Assembly: GCA_965215565.1 (NCBI GenBank)
Contig: CBDCDZ010000004.1
Location: 1,024,001-1,088,000, forward strand
Direction: 5' to 3'
DNA length: 64,000 nt
Source: Trueperaceae bacterium
GTDB taxonomy: Bacteria; Deinococcota; Deinococci; Deinococcales; Trueperaceae
A model generated the notes under the pieces. That model was not told the DNA's origin, ran no database searches, and was given only the letters and a program-made list of their open reading frames with translations. Numbering within the stretch: the stretch's first letter is position 1; each line of letters starts with the position of its first letter. Below, one piece after another: positions 10,662 to 18,762 of the stretch. The translations under genes and the position numbers were made by a program.

Positions 10662-11471
10662 TCAAAACTCCGACTCAGGTAAATCCAAATAGCTCAAAAG
10701 CTGCGCCGCTACCCCTATCGCAATCGCCTGTGGGCTCTTGCCGGGCACCTCTGGTAAACCAATCGGCGTAGTGACGCGCTCTAAGTCGGTTTTAGATAGC
10801 CCATGCGCGAGCAGTTCCCTTCTAAAATGCTGCCACTTCACGCTGCTACCGATGAGACCGATAAAGCCAAAGTCACGCTCCTTGTCTTGCCGAAGCGCCG
10901 TCTCGATAATGGCTAAGTCTTCGGCGTGGTCGTGCGTGAGGATGAGGAGGTGTGAGCCGCGAGGAAGACCTTCCAAAGCCGTTTCAGGCACATCGGCGTG
11001 CTCGAGATGAACCGTTGCGTTAAGTGACGACGGAAGCTCTACGCTGAGCTGAGAGGGTCTCGAGTCCACCACACGAAGCTCAATCGGCAGCGTTCCGAGA
11101 ACTTGCACCAGCGCCCAGCCCACATGACCCGCGCCGAAGATCGCCACCGTTGGACGCGCTGGGTGGACGGGTTCCAAGAGAAGCGTCACCTCGCCGCCAC
11201 AGCACTGCACACCGTATTCGCCTCCTTTCGGGTTGAGCGTGACAGAAAGCATCTCGGGCGTCGTTCGTTTTTCAGAGAGGTACGTTCTTGACTTTTCAAT
11301 CGCCGTTTGTTCCAAGTTACCGCCGCCGACGCTGCCATAAACCTCGTTTTGAGTGACAATCATCTTGCTGCCCGCACCTCTTGGCGCATGACCGCGCACG
11401 GTTGTAATAGTTACGATGACAAGAGGTTCACCTTCTTCGTGAAGTTGGGTAAGAGGTTGAAGCCAGGTCAT
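10662..11471 (-). CDS. xdhC: Xanthine dehydrogenase accessory protein
   Basis: GHAPRGAGSKMIV, GSVGGGNLE, QCCGGEV, IFGAGHVG, THDHAED, GLIGS, TPIG; end of xdh operon. Confidence 0.92.
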   Translation of the reverse strand: MTWLQPLTQLHEEGEPLVIVTITTVRGHAPRGAGSKMIVTQNEVYGSVGGGNLEQTAIEKSRTYLSEKRTTPEMLSVTLNPKGGEYGVQCCGGEVTLLLEPVHPARPTVAIFGAGHVGWALVQVLGTLPIELRVVDSRPSQLSVELPSSLNATVHLEHADVPETALEGLPRGSHLLILTHDHAEDLAIIETALRQDKERDFGFIGLIGSSVKWQHFRRELLAHGLSKTDLERVTTPIGLPEVPGKSPQAIAIGVAAQLLSYLDLPESEF

Positions 11472-11680
11472 TCAGCCCATTCACTGCTACCTAAGAGAGG
11501 TTCTGGAAGTTCAGCAAGCGCGTCTCGAGGGGCTTCGACGTCAAACATATTCACGCAGCACCCACAGCCCAAATTTTCTGAGAGGTAGTCTAAACGCGCT
11601 TCCCATCTGCCGAGCCAAGCGTCAACCGCGTCAACCTCTTCAGGGAAATCAACTTGAGCGATAATCGTCGCTTTAGGCAC
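11468..11680 (-). CDS. Small hypothetical protein (70 aa) with CGCC motif
   Basis: Tightly coupled between DinB and xdhC (1-nt gap, 4-nt overlap); GTG start after AGAGAGG. Confidence 0.6.
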   Translation of the reverse strand: MPKATIIAQVDFPEEVDAVDAWLGRWEARLDYLSENLGCGCCVNMFDVEAPRDALAELPEPLLGSSEWAE

Positions 11681-11681
11681 G

Positions 11682-12203
11682 TCAACCTCTCTTTAGCTGC
11701 TTTTTGATGATACGAATTTGCCCCCGGTGGTTGACCTCATCTTCTAGAACGTGAAACCACTTCCAGTGGTTGTTGACCCAGCCGATATCCCAAGTGGTGC
11801 CCTCTTCTAACCACGTGTCGTCTCTTTTTGCCAGAGCCTCGAGCGTCTTAGCGCGGGTCTCAGCCAAATGGTCCAAATAATAAGACAAATCGTGACCACG
11901 AACCTCTCGCCGTCCGCGCTCACCGAGCCCGCCGCCAAGCTTCCACCGCGCTTTCTGTTCTTCAGAGAGAGTGACTTCGGGGAGCGTGTCGTTTTGATAG
12001 TACATCTCTACAGCCGCCATGTGCTCGAGCAACATCCCAACCGAATTCCCCTCTTCGAAGAGGTGCGCGTCGAGGTCCGCTTGACTGAGCCCGTTCACCG
12101 CCTGCAGCGTCGTCAGCCGCGCGTAGTTCATCATGTAGACCAAGCGGCTGATGTGAGGGGTGAACCCGTCTAAATTGGTAAAGGCGTGAGGGTTATCAAT
12201 CAT
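11682..12203 (-). CDS. DinB/DUF664-family protein
   Basis: NSVGMLLEHMAAVE...WFHVLEDEVNHRGQI His motifs. Confidence 0.85.
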   Translation of the reverse strand: MIDNPHAFTNLDGFTPHISRLVYMMNYARLTTLQAVNGLSQADLDAHLFEEGNSVGMLLEHMAAVEMYYQNDTLPEVTLSEEQKARWKLGGGLGERGRREVRGHDLSYYLDHLAETRAKTLEALAKRDDTWLEEGTTWDIGWVNNHWKWFHVLEDEVNHRGQIRIIKKQLKRG

Positions 12204-14551
12204 TAATCACCGGGGACGAGGGTTTTGTCTTGGGCTCGAGACCGCACTCGTTCAACTGCCTCCAAAACCGCCTCGGGCGTCGCAGGCGAGGCGAGCGCCA
12301 CCTCTCTCCCATCCCCAAACGCCGCCACCGCCGCCTTGAGCGCCTCCCGCACCGAGAGCGCCAGCATGAAGGGCGGCTCGCCCACCGCTTTCGAGCCGTA
12401 AATCGTTCCGTCCTGCGCGGCGCGTTCTAAGAGGTGAACATTGAACGCTTCGGGCACTTCGCTGATGGTTGGAATCTTGTATGTGCTCGGCGCACTCGTT
12501 AAGAAACGCCCTTCGTCATCCCAGACGAGTTCTTCGGTGGTGAGCCAGCCTAAGCCCTGAACGAAGCCGCCCTCAATCTGTCCCCTGTCCACGAGCGGGT
12601 TTAAGGACGCACCCACGTCGTGGACGATGTCCACCTGTCTGAGCTTGTACTGACCCGTGAAGCCGTCCACCTCGACCTCACTCACGGCAGCGCCGTAAGC
12701 GTAGTAGGCGAAGGGGCGGCCTCTCCCCTTTTCGGCGTCGTAGTGGAGGTTTGGCGTGCGGTAGTAACCAGCGGCGAAGAGGGGGACTTGCTCCAAATAG
12801 GCTCGCTGCACCGCTTCGCTAAACGACACGCGCTCGCTCGGCGCACCCGGATTGTAGATGAAGTCGTCCCCGAAGACCAAATCTTCGGGCGCGTTGAGCC
12901 CCAACATCTTCGCCGCCACCTCCGCCAAACGAGACCGCAACGTCTCACACGCCTCCCTGACCGCCTGCCCGTTGAGGTCACTGCCGCTGCTCGCCGCTGT
13001 CGGCGAGGTGTTGGGAATCTTATCCGTGGCGGTGGGCATCTGCCGAAAGCGCGAGGTAGAGACGCCCAGGGTCCGCGCTGCCACCTGGAGCATCTTCGTG
13101 TGGAGCCCTTGCCCCATCTCCGTGCCGCCGTGGTTGAGTTGAACGCTCCCGTCCAGGTAGATGAGGACGAGCGCACCGGCTTGGTTCATCGGCGTGTTGG
13201 TAAAGGAGATACCAAACTTGACGGGCAGGGCGGCTAAGCCGCGTTTCTTGAACGGATGTGCGAGGTTGAAGCTCGAGACCTCTCCCCTACGCTGCTCGAA
13301 GTCCGCTACGCCTCTCACTTCAGCCCACACGCGCTGGATGCGGTTGTCTATGACCTCTTGAGCGTAATGCGTCGTATTCGCCTCACGCTCCGCCTCGACG
13401 AGCCTGTCGCCCTCCCTATAAAAGTTGCGCTCCCTCACCTCTTCGGGGGGGAGGTTCAAACTCCGCGCCACGCGGTCCATGACCTCTTCCATGACGAGCA
13501 TCCCTTGAGGTCCGCCGAAGCCGCGAAACGCCGTCTGCGAGGTTTTATTCGTCTTGGCGACGCGCCCCGTGACCTCTAAGTGCGGCACGAAGTAGCAGTT
13601 GTCGATATGAAACATCGCCCGTCCCATCACGGGCACGGAGAGGTCCGTGCACCAGCCGCCGTCGCTGGTGAGGTTCACGCTCAACGCGGTGAGCCTACCC
13701 TCGTCCGTGAAGCCTACCTCGAAGCGCCCTAAAAAGGGATGGCGCTTGCCCGTCATGACCATGTCCTGCTCGCGGGTGAGGCGCACGCGCACGCTCTTGC
13801 CCGTCTTCTGCGCAGCTAGCGCTGCAATCGCCGCATAGGGGTTCGCCTGCGACTCCTTGCCGCCGAAGCCGCCGCCCATGCGCAAGCAAGTCACGACGAC
13901 GTGGTTGCGCGGCGCGCCTAAGACTTTCGCGACGACGCTCTGCGTTTCCGTGGGATGCTGCGTCGAGGAGACGACGTAAGTGTAACCTTCGGCGTCGCGT
14001 GACGCCCAACTGGTCTGGGTTTCCAAGTAAAAATGGTCTTGCCCGCCGATGAAGATTTCGCCCTTCAAGGTTCGCGCCGACCTCTCGAGCGCCGCTCGCG
14101 GCTCACCGCGCCGAATCACTTGAGGTGAAGCGTGAAAGGCGTCCGCGGCGATGGCGTCCTCTATGGTGAGAAGAGGTTTCAACGGTTCGTATTCAATAGC
14201 TACCTCTTGCGCCCCGCGCCGCGCCGCTTCGTCGTCCTCGGCGATAATCCAGACGACGGGCTGACCCCAATAGAAAACCTCACCCTCGGGCAATAAGACC
14301 TCATCGTGATTGTGGCCGCTCGAGTCGTTTTCCCCCGTCACGTCTTCGTGCGTGAGGATGGTGACGACACCGGGGACCTCGTACGCCTTTGATACATCGA
14401 GACCGACGATCCGCGCCCTTGCGTGAGGTGAGAGAACGGGATACGCCGTGAGCATCCCGCTCACTCTGGGCTGGTCATCCGTATAGACCGCCCGCCCGCT
14501 CACGTGATGGTGGGCGCTCTCGTGGCGCTTTTCTTTACCTCGCTTGCTCAC
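12203..14551 (-). CDS. xdhB: Xanthine dehydrogenase molybdopterin-binding subunit
   Basis: HESAHHHVSG, GGQDHFYLE, RMGGGFGGKE, TAFRGFGGPQG, GTEMGQG, SKAVGEPP; GTG start overlapping xdhA stop. Confidence 0.95.
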   Translation of the reverse strand: MSKRGKEKRHESAHHHVSGRAVYTDDQPRVSGMLTAYPVLSPHARARIVGLDVSKAYEVPGVVTILTHEDVTGENDSSGHNHDEVLLPEGEVFYWGQPVVWIIAEDDEAARRGAQEVAIEYEPLKPLLTIEDAIAADAFHASPQVIRRGEPRAALERSARTLKGEIFIGGQDHFYLETQTSWASRDAEGYTYVVSSTQHPTETQSVVAKVLGAPRNHVVVTCLRMGGGFGGKESQANPYAAIAALAAQKTGKSVRVRLTREQDMVMTGKRHPFLGRFEVGFTDEGRLTALSVNLTSDGGWCTDLSVPVMGRAMFHIDNCYFVPHLEVTGRVAKTNKTSQTAFRGFGGPQGMLVMEEVMDRVARSLNLPPEEVRERNFYREGDRLVEAEREANTTHYAQEVIDNRIQRVWAEVRGVADFEQRRGEVSSFNLAHPFKKRGLAALPVKFGISFTNTPMNQAGALVLIYLDGSVQLNHGGTEMGQGLHTKMLQVAARTLGVSTSRFRQMPTATDKIPNTSPTAASSGSDLNGQAVREACETLRSRLAEVAAKMLGLNAPEDLVFGDDFIYNPGAPSERVSFSEAVQRAYLEQVPLFAAGYYRTPNLHYDAEKGRGRPFAYYAYGAAVSEVEVDGFTGQYKLRQVDIVHDVGASLNPLVDRGQIEGGFVQGLGWLTTEELVWDDEGRFLTSAPSTYKIPTISEVPEAFNVHLLERAAQDGTIYGSKAVGEPPFMLALSVREALKAAVAAFGDGREVALASPATPEAVLEAVERVRSRAQDKTLVPGD

Positions 14552-16020
14552 GCGGCGACCTCTTCTCCTAGAGAGGCGCTGAACTCGTGGAAAAACTTTT
14601 CGAAGAGGTTCTGGATGAGCCGCGTTCGGTACGCCGCACTGCCGCGCAAATCGTCGATCGGCACGAAAGTCTCGCCTAGCACCGCTTTGACCTCTTTCAC
14701 CGTTTGAACGTTCCAAGGTTGACCCATGAGCACCTCTTCAGCCGCAACCGCGCGCACGGGCGTCGCCGCGACGCCGCCGTACGCGAGCCTCGCATGGACG
14801 ACGCGCCCCGCTTCGGCTACATCCACCGTGAACGCCGCCGCCACGATGCTGATGTCGTCCGCGCCGCGCTTGCCCACCTTGTACGCTTGGCTGAAACGCT
14901 TTTTTGCGCCCCTCGAGTCCTCTTGAGGAATCCGCACCGAGATGATGACCTCACCCGGACCCAAACTCGTCTGGCGGTAGCCCTTGAAAAACTCGGCGAT
15001 GGGGACGGTGCGCTCACCTTTTGCGCTCGCGAGTCTAAGCTCCGCGTCCAGCGCGAGCAAGACAGGCGGCAAGTCCCCAATCGGCGACGCCGTGCCGAGG
15101 TTGCCCCCCAGCGTCGCCCGGTTGCGAATCTGCCGCGCCGCAAACCAGCGGAGCATCTCGTCTAGGGCGGGAAACATACCTCTGCATTCTTTTTCGGTGC
15201 GGGTGAGGGGGACGGCTGCGCCTAGCTCGAGATAACTAGAGGTGCTAGAGGTAGCATCTGTAGAAGAGCTAGAGGTAGCATCTGTAGAAGAGCTAGAGGT
15301 AGTATCTGTAGAAGAGCTAGAGGTAGCTATAGTTTTAAGCTCTACAACCTCTTCCAAGGAGATGAGCACGGGGAATTCCCTGTGGAACTTGTTGATTTCC
15401 ACGCCCAAGTCCGTGCCACCTGCGATGAGCTTGGCGTCCGGCTGCTCTGCCATGAGCGTGAAAACCTCTTGCAGGCTCGAGGGGCGAAAGAAGCGTTTCT
15501 CGCCGCACCGATAAGAGGTTGAGGCTCGAGCGCTAGAGGCTGACACGGGATGAATGTCCGAGGTTGACTCTGAGCTTTCCAAACGCTCCATCGCCCGGCG
15601 GATTGGCAGATAGCCCGTGCAGCGGCACAAGTTTCCCTCGATCACCTCGTCATTTAGCTCACCGTTATGCTGCGCCGCGATCATGCTCATCACGAACCCC
15701 GGCGTGCAGTAGCCGCACTGCGAGCCGCCCGTCTCGATCATCGCTTTCTGTACAGGGTGCAGTTCGCCGTTGGCGACGCCCTCCACCGTCAAGAGGTCTT
15801 TGCCCATGACTGACGCCAGCGGTACTAGGCAGCTATTGACCGCTTGGACGCTCCGCCCTTCTCTGATGACCACCGTACACGCGCCGCAATCCCCTTCGGC
15901 GCAGCCCTCTTTAGTGCCGACATCGCCACGTTGCCGTAAAAAGGTGAGCAGCGGGACCGTGGGCGAAACGCCCGTCACCTTCTCCTCTTTACCGTTAATC
16001 ATTAGCGTGAACTCAGTCAT
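14548..16020 (-). CDS. xdhA: Xanthine dehydrogenase small subunit (2Fe-2S + FAD)
   Basis: GTKEGCAEGDCGAC, QCGYCTPGF, GNLCRCTGY, AGGTDLG, QIRNRATLGGN. Confidence 0.95.
   Translation of the reverse strand: MTEFTLMINGKEEKVTGVSPTVPLLTFLRQRGDVGTKEGCAEGDCGACTVVIREGRSVQAVNSCLVPLASVMGKDLLTVEGVANGELHPVQKAMIETGGSQCGYCTPGFVMSMIAAQHNGELNDEVIEGNLCRCTGYLPIRRAMERLESSESTSDIHPVSASSARASTSYRCGEKRFFRPSSLQEVFTLMAEQPDAKLIAGGTDLGVEINKFHREFPVLISLEEVVELKTIATSSSSTDTTSSSSTDATSSSSTDATSSTSSYLELGAAVPLTRTEKECRGMFPALDEMLRWFAARQIRNRATLGGNLGTASPIGDLPPVLLALDAELRLASAKGERTVPIAEFFKGYRQTSLGPGEVIISVRIPQEDSRGAKKRFSQAYKVGKRGADDISIVAAAFTVDVAEAGRVVHARLAYGGVAATPVRAVAAEEVLMGQPWNVQTVKEVKAVLGETFVPIDDLRGSAAYRTRLIQNLFEKFFHEFSASLGEEVAA
15235..15328. 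repeat. In-frame 24-nt tandem repeat inside xdhA
   Basis: GCTAGAGGTAGCATCTGTAGAAGA x3 plus partial units; encodes TSSSSTD(T/A). Confidence 0.9.
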
Positions 16021-16192
16021 TTAGGCTCCGGTGGTTGAAGAAGATACCAAAAGGTAGAGGGGGAAAAGGCTCGAGTTAGAAGAGCAATTTGCGGATGTTG
16101 CCCTAAAGCGCTGAGGACAATGGATAAAATTCATTTTATCAGGTTCGGCGCACTGTTTCTATGGACGAATGGAGAAGTTCACACCGCGCGAA

Positions 16193-17170
16193 TCAGTGCG
16201 CTTCGGGCACGAAACACCGCAAGAGGACGCCGTCACCGCTCAAGGTATACGCTCCCAACGACGCAGGCAACACCGCCGCCTCACCTCTGTCTAAAGCTAA
16301 CTCTTCTTCACCTGCGCGTAGCGCTACCCTGCCCTCTACAGCCGTGAGAATCTCCAAGCTCGTCTCACGCACCTCTTCCGCTTGCTCGCCCGACACCTGC
16401 CACCTTTCCGCCGCGAAGTGCTCCGCGCGCAAAAGCTGCGTTTTAGAATCCGCAAGAGGTTCGCTTTTCACCTTTGCCCGCTCGCCGGGGGTGAGGTCAA
16501 GGACGTCGAGCGCTTTGTCCACGTGCAGTTCGCGGGTATTGCCCGAAGCGTCTTTGCGCCCGTAGTCGTACAGGCGGTAGGTCAGATCGCTCGACTGCTG
16601 AATCTCGAAGAGCAGCGTGCCCGCGCCGATGGCGTGAAGCGTGCCTGCGGGGTTGTAGATGACGTCGCCCGCGCTTATCGGCACGACGTTGAGGTGAGGC
16701 TCGAGCCGCTCCTCCTCAATAGCCCGCCGCACCTCTTCTATCGTCATCTCATCGGCGAAGCCCCAGATGATCGTCGCGTCACGCTCCGCTTCTAAAATGA
16801 CCCACGCTTCAGTCTTGCCTAAATGACCGGAGCCCGCCTCGTGCTCCTTGGCGTAAGCGTCGCCCGGATGCACTTGGATGGAAAGAGGTTGGTCCGCGCC
16901 GATGAATTTGGCGAGCAGGGGGAACTGCGCGCCGTAACGCTCAGCCGAAAGCGTGCCCAAGAGGTCCGCGCCGTGCGCCTCGGCAATTTCGGCGAGCGTC
17001 TTACCCGTCAAGTCGCCGTTGATGATGCGGTTCTCGGCGTAGACGAGCCAGACCTCGCCCAAGGGCTCGTCGCCCCTATCCTCGAGCTGCAAAAAGTCGG
17101 CGAGCCCGCCCCCGCCCCAGAGTTTCTGGCTGAGCTTGGGCTCGAGTTTAAGCGGGTAGAGCTTAGCCAT
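16193..17170 (-). CDS. manA: Type I mannose-6-phosphate isomerase
   Basis: LWGG, GEVW, FPLLAKF, LSIQVHP, GKTEAW, AGTLHAIG, EIQQSSDLTYRLYDY. Confidence 0.88.
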   Translation of the reverse strand: MAKLYPLKLEPKLSQKLWGGGGLADFLQLEDRGDEPLGEVWLVYAENRIINGDLTGKTLAEIAEAHGADLLGTLSAERYGAQFPLLAKFIGADQPLSIQVHPGDAYAKEHEAGSGHLGKTEAWVILEAERDATIIWGFADEMTIEEVRRAIEEERLEPHLNVVPISAGDVIYNPAGTLHAIGAGTLLFEIQQSSDLTYRLYDYGRKDASGNTRELHVDKALDVLDLTPGERAKVKSEPLADSKTQLLRAEHFAAERWQVSGEQAEEVRETSLEILTAVEGRVALRAGEEELALDRGEAAVLPASLGAYTLSGDGVLLRCFVPEAH

Positions 17171-17300
17171 ACGGCGCGTCCTTACGTTCAGTCGTCATAG
17201 ACATACTTTACCTCATGATAAGAGAGAGCGAATCAGTCTTTCAGCGTGTCGGCATATCAGGGCAAACCAAAAAGCGGTAGTGGCTCTATCTGGAATGACA

Positions 17301-17411
17301 TAGCAGGTATCATCTGGTCAGAGACACTCTCACTTTGTGAAACGCTGTTTAGCACGCACTTTAAGGGATGATACCTGCGTTCAACTGTCTCAGTGTGTCG
17401 TGGAACTGCTA
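17301..17411 (+). repeat. Family-1 dispersed element, empty 111-bp core
   Basis: TAGCAGGTATCATCTGG...AGCACGCAC...GATGATACCTGCG...GGAACTGCTA, exactly 111 bp. Confidence 0.9.
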
Positions 17412-17592
17412 ACAGTAGTATCAAACCAAGGGGTTGAAACCCCTTAGTTATCGCATGGAGACGGTAGAAGAAGCACGCGGCGGCATTCGACTTAGGACCG
17501 CTACCCAAAAAGCTGACTAGCTGAAGTACTGACTCACTGAGATGCTTCAACTGCGAACTTTTGTTACGCTTATGTGAAGAAAAAGAGGTAGG

Positions 17593-18252
17593 ATGGGAGT
17601 AGGCAGCACCTCAAATAAGATGCTCGAGACCTTATCTGACTTTCTCAACCAAGCGGGCGCGTTCGCGCCCTTAGTTTACATCTCGTTCTTTCTGGCGACG
17701 GCGCTCTTGCCCTTTATCCCGACGCCTGTGGTTGTTGCTTTGGGCGGCAGTATGCTGGGCTCGGTGCCCGCCATCGGCTACGGCGTGATCGGTTTGGGGC
17801 TCGGCGCGTACCTGGCGCTCAAGCTCTCGCGCACGTTGGGGCGTCCGGTGGTGATTCGCTTAGTTGGCGCAAAGGCGTGGCGGGAGTGGGAGTACCTCTT
17901 GGGCATCCGCTCGCCTGCGATGTGGGGGCTGATTTTCTTCCTCTTGAATATCGACTTTGCGGTGGTGGCTGCGGGGCTCTCGAGCGTCCCCATGTGGCAG
18001 CTCTGGCTGAGCGCGGTTATCGCGCGGCTCCCTTGGCTCGTGCTGAGCGCCTTTTTTGGCGAATCGCTGCTCAGCCCGGAGATGCTGCCGCTTGCGGTTG
18101 CTATCGTCGTGGTGCTCATCGTCGCGATTCACTTCATAAGGAAGCGGCTGCGCCACTACTTCGTTGTAAAACAGATGAATCAGGGGTCAGAGGGCGCTCA
18201 GGCGGCTAAGCCTAAGCTCGCCAAGAAGGACCTGTCGAAGACGGATAGATAG
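17593..18252 (+). CDS. TVP38/VTT (DedA-like) membrane protein
   Basis: Hydrophobic; PFIPTPVVVALGGSMLG, F...AAGLS, RLP pattern. Confidence 0.75.
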   Translation: MGVGSTSNKMLETLSDFLNQAGAFAPLVYISFFLATALLPFIPTPVVVALGGSMLGSVPAIGYGVIGLGLGAYLALKLSRTLGRPVVIRLVGAKAWREWEYLLGIRSPAMWGLIFFLLNIDFAVVAAGLSSVPMWQLWLSAVIARLPWLVLSAFFGESLLSPEMLPLAVAIVVVLIVAIHFIRKRLRHYFVVKQMNQGSEGAQAAKPKLAKKDLSKTDR

Positions 18253-18271
18253 AACGCCCAGCCCTTAGTTT

Positions 18272-18502
18272 TAGCAGGTCTAGCGGGAGCGGGACCACGC
18301 GACTTCATCTGGTCAGAGTGTACGAAGTTTTGTGAAGCAACACTTGCACTTTGTAAAACGATGTTTCGCTTTGCGAAAAGTGCCCAACTAGCACGCACTT
18401 CAAGGGATGAAATCCCGCAACGGCAGGGCGACCTGCCCGTAACGCTAGTCCTTGCGGACAGAGATCTGCGCTCAACTGTCTCAATATGTTGTGGAACTGC
18501 TA
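18272..18502 (+). repeat. Family-1 element with five inserts (231 bp)
   Basis: Core plus 24+21+23+25+27 nt = 231 bp; the 27-nt insert is nested inside the 25-nt one. Confidence 0.9.
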
Positions 18503-18597
18503 TTTTTAGCCGTTAGCAAAGACTTTCAAGCTGACAGCCTTTGAAGAGAAACCGCGTTTAGAACAGCATGATGCACACTTAGAAGACATAAGCTATA

Positions 18598-18755
18598 TAG
18601 CGGTTATCAGAAGTATTGGACTGAAATAGCGCAGATTTCACAGCTTTGCTGTAACGGAACTTCATCCGACAATGTGCGTGCTAGTCGTTGTTCTATCACG
18701 TGAGACTGGCTCAAATCAGCTCCGACCGTAGGGAGACAGACTTTGATACCTGCTA
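18598..18755 (-). repeat. Family-1 element, diverged, two inserts (158 bp)
   Basis: TAGCGGTT...GCGCAGAT[insert]TCATCC...GTGCGTGCTA...CAG[insert]TGATACCTGCTA. Confidence 0.8.
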
Positions 18756-18762
18756 TATGCAC

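Noticed and set aside
14552..14716. N-terminal extensions in the ORF track for xdhB, and likewise gltB, dnaX, plsY, rpsT, LuxR, the FAD oxidase and trmJ
   Set aside because: They overlap neighbouring genes or promoters; downstream starts have an RBS, translational coupling or a leaderless -10.
17258..17290. GGGCAAACC resembling the start of a c-di-GMP-I riboswitch
   Set aside because: Lacks the following GAAA-capped stem and the ACGCAAA/P2 elements.
17257..17550. Short ORFs crossing family-1 repeats that share ...RRYH.LKCVL...QMIPA (also 18198, 20141, 55030, 56466, 60406, 63506)
   Set aside because: The similarity comes from the DNA repeat. The frame has a stop in the 51371 copy, several inserts are not multiples of 3, and there is no common start or RBS.
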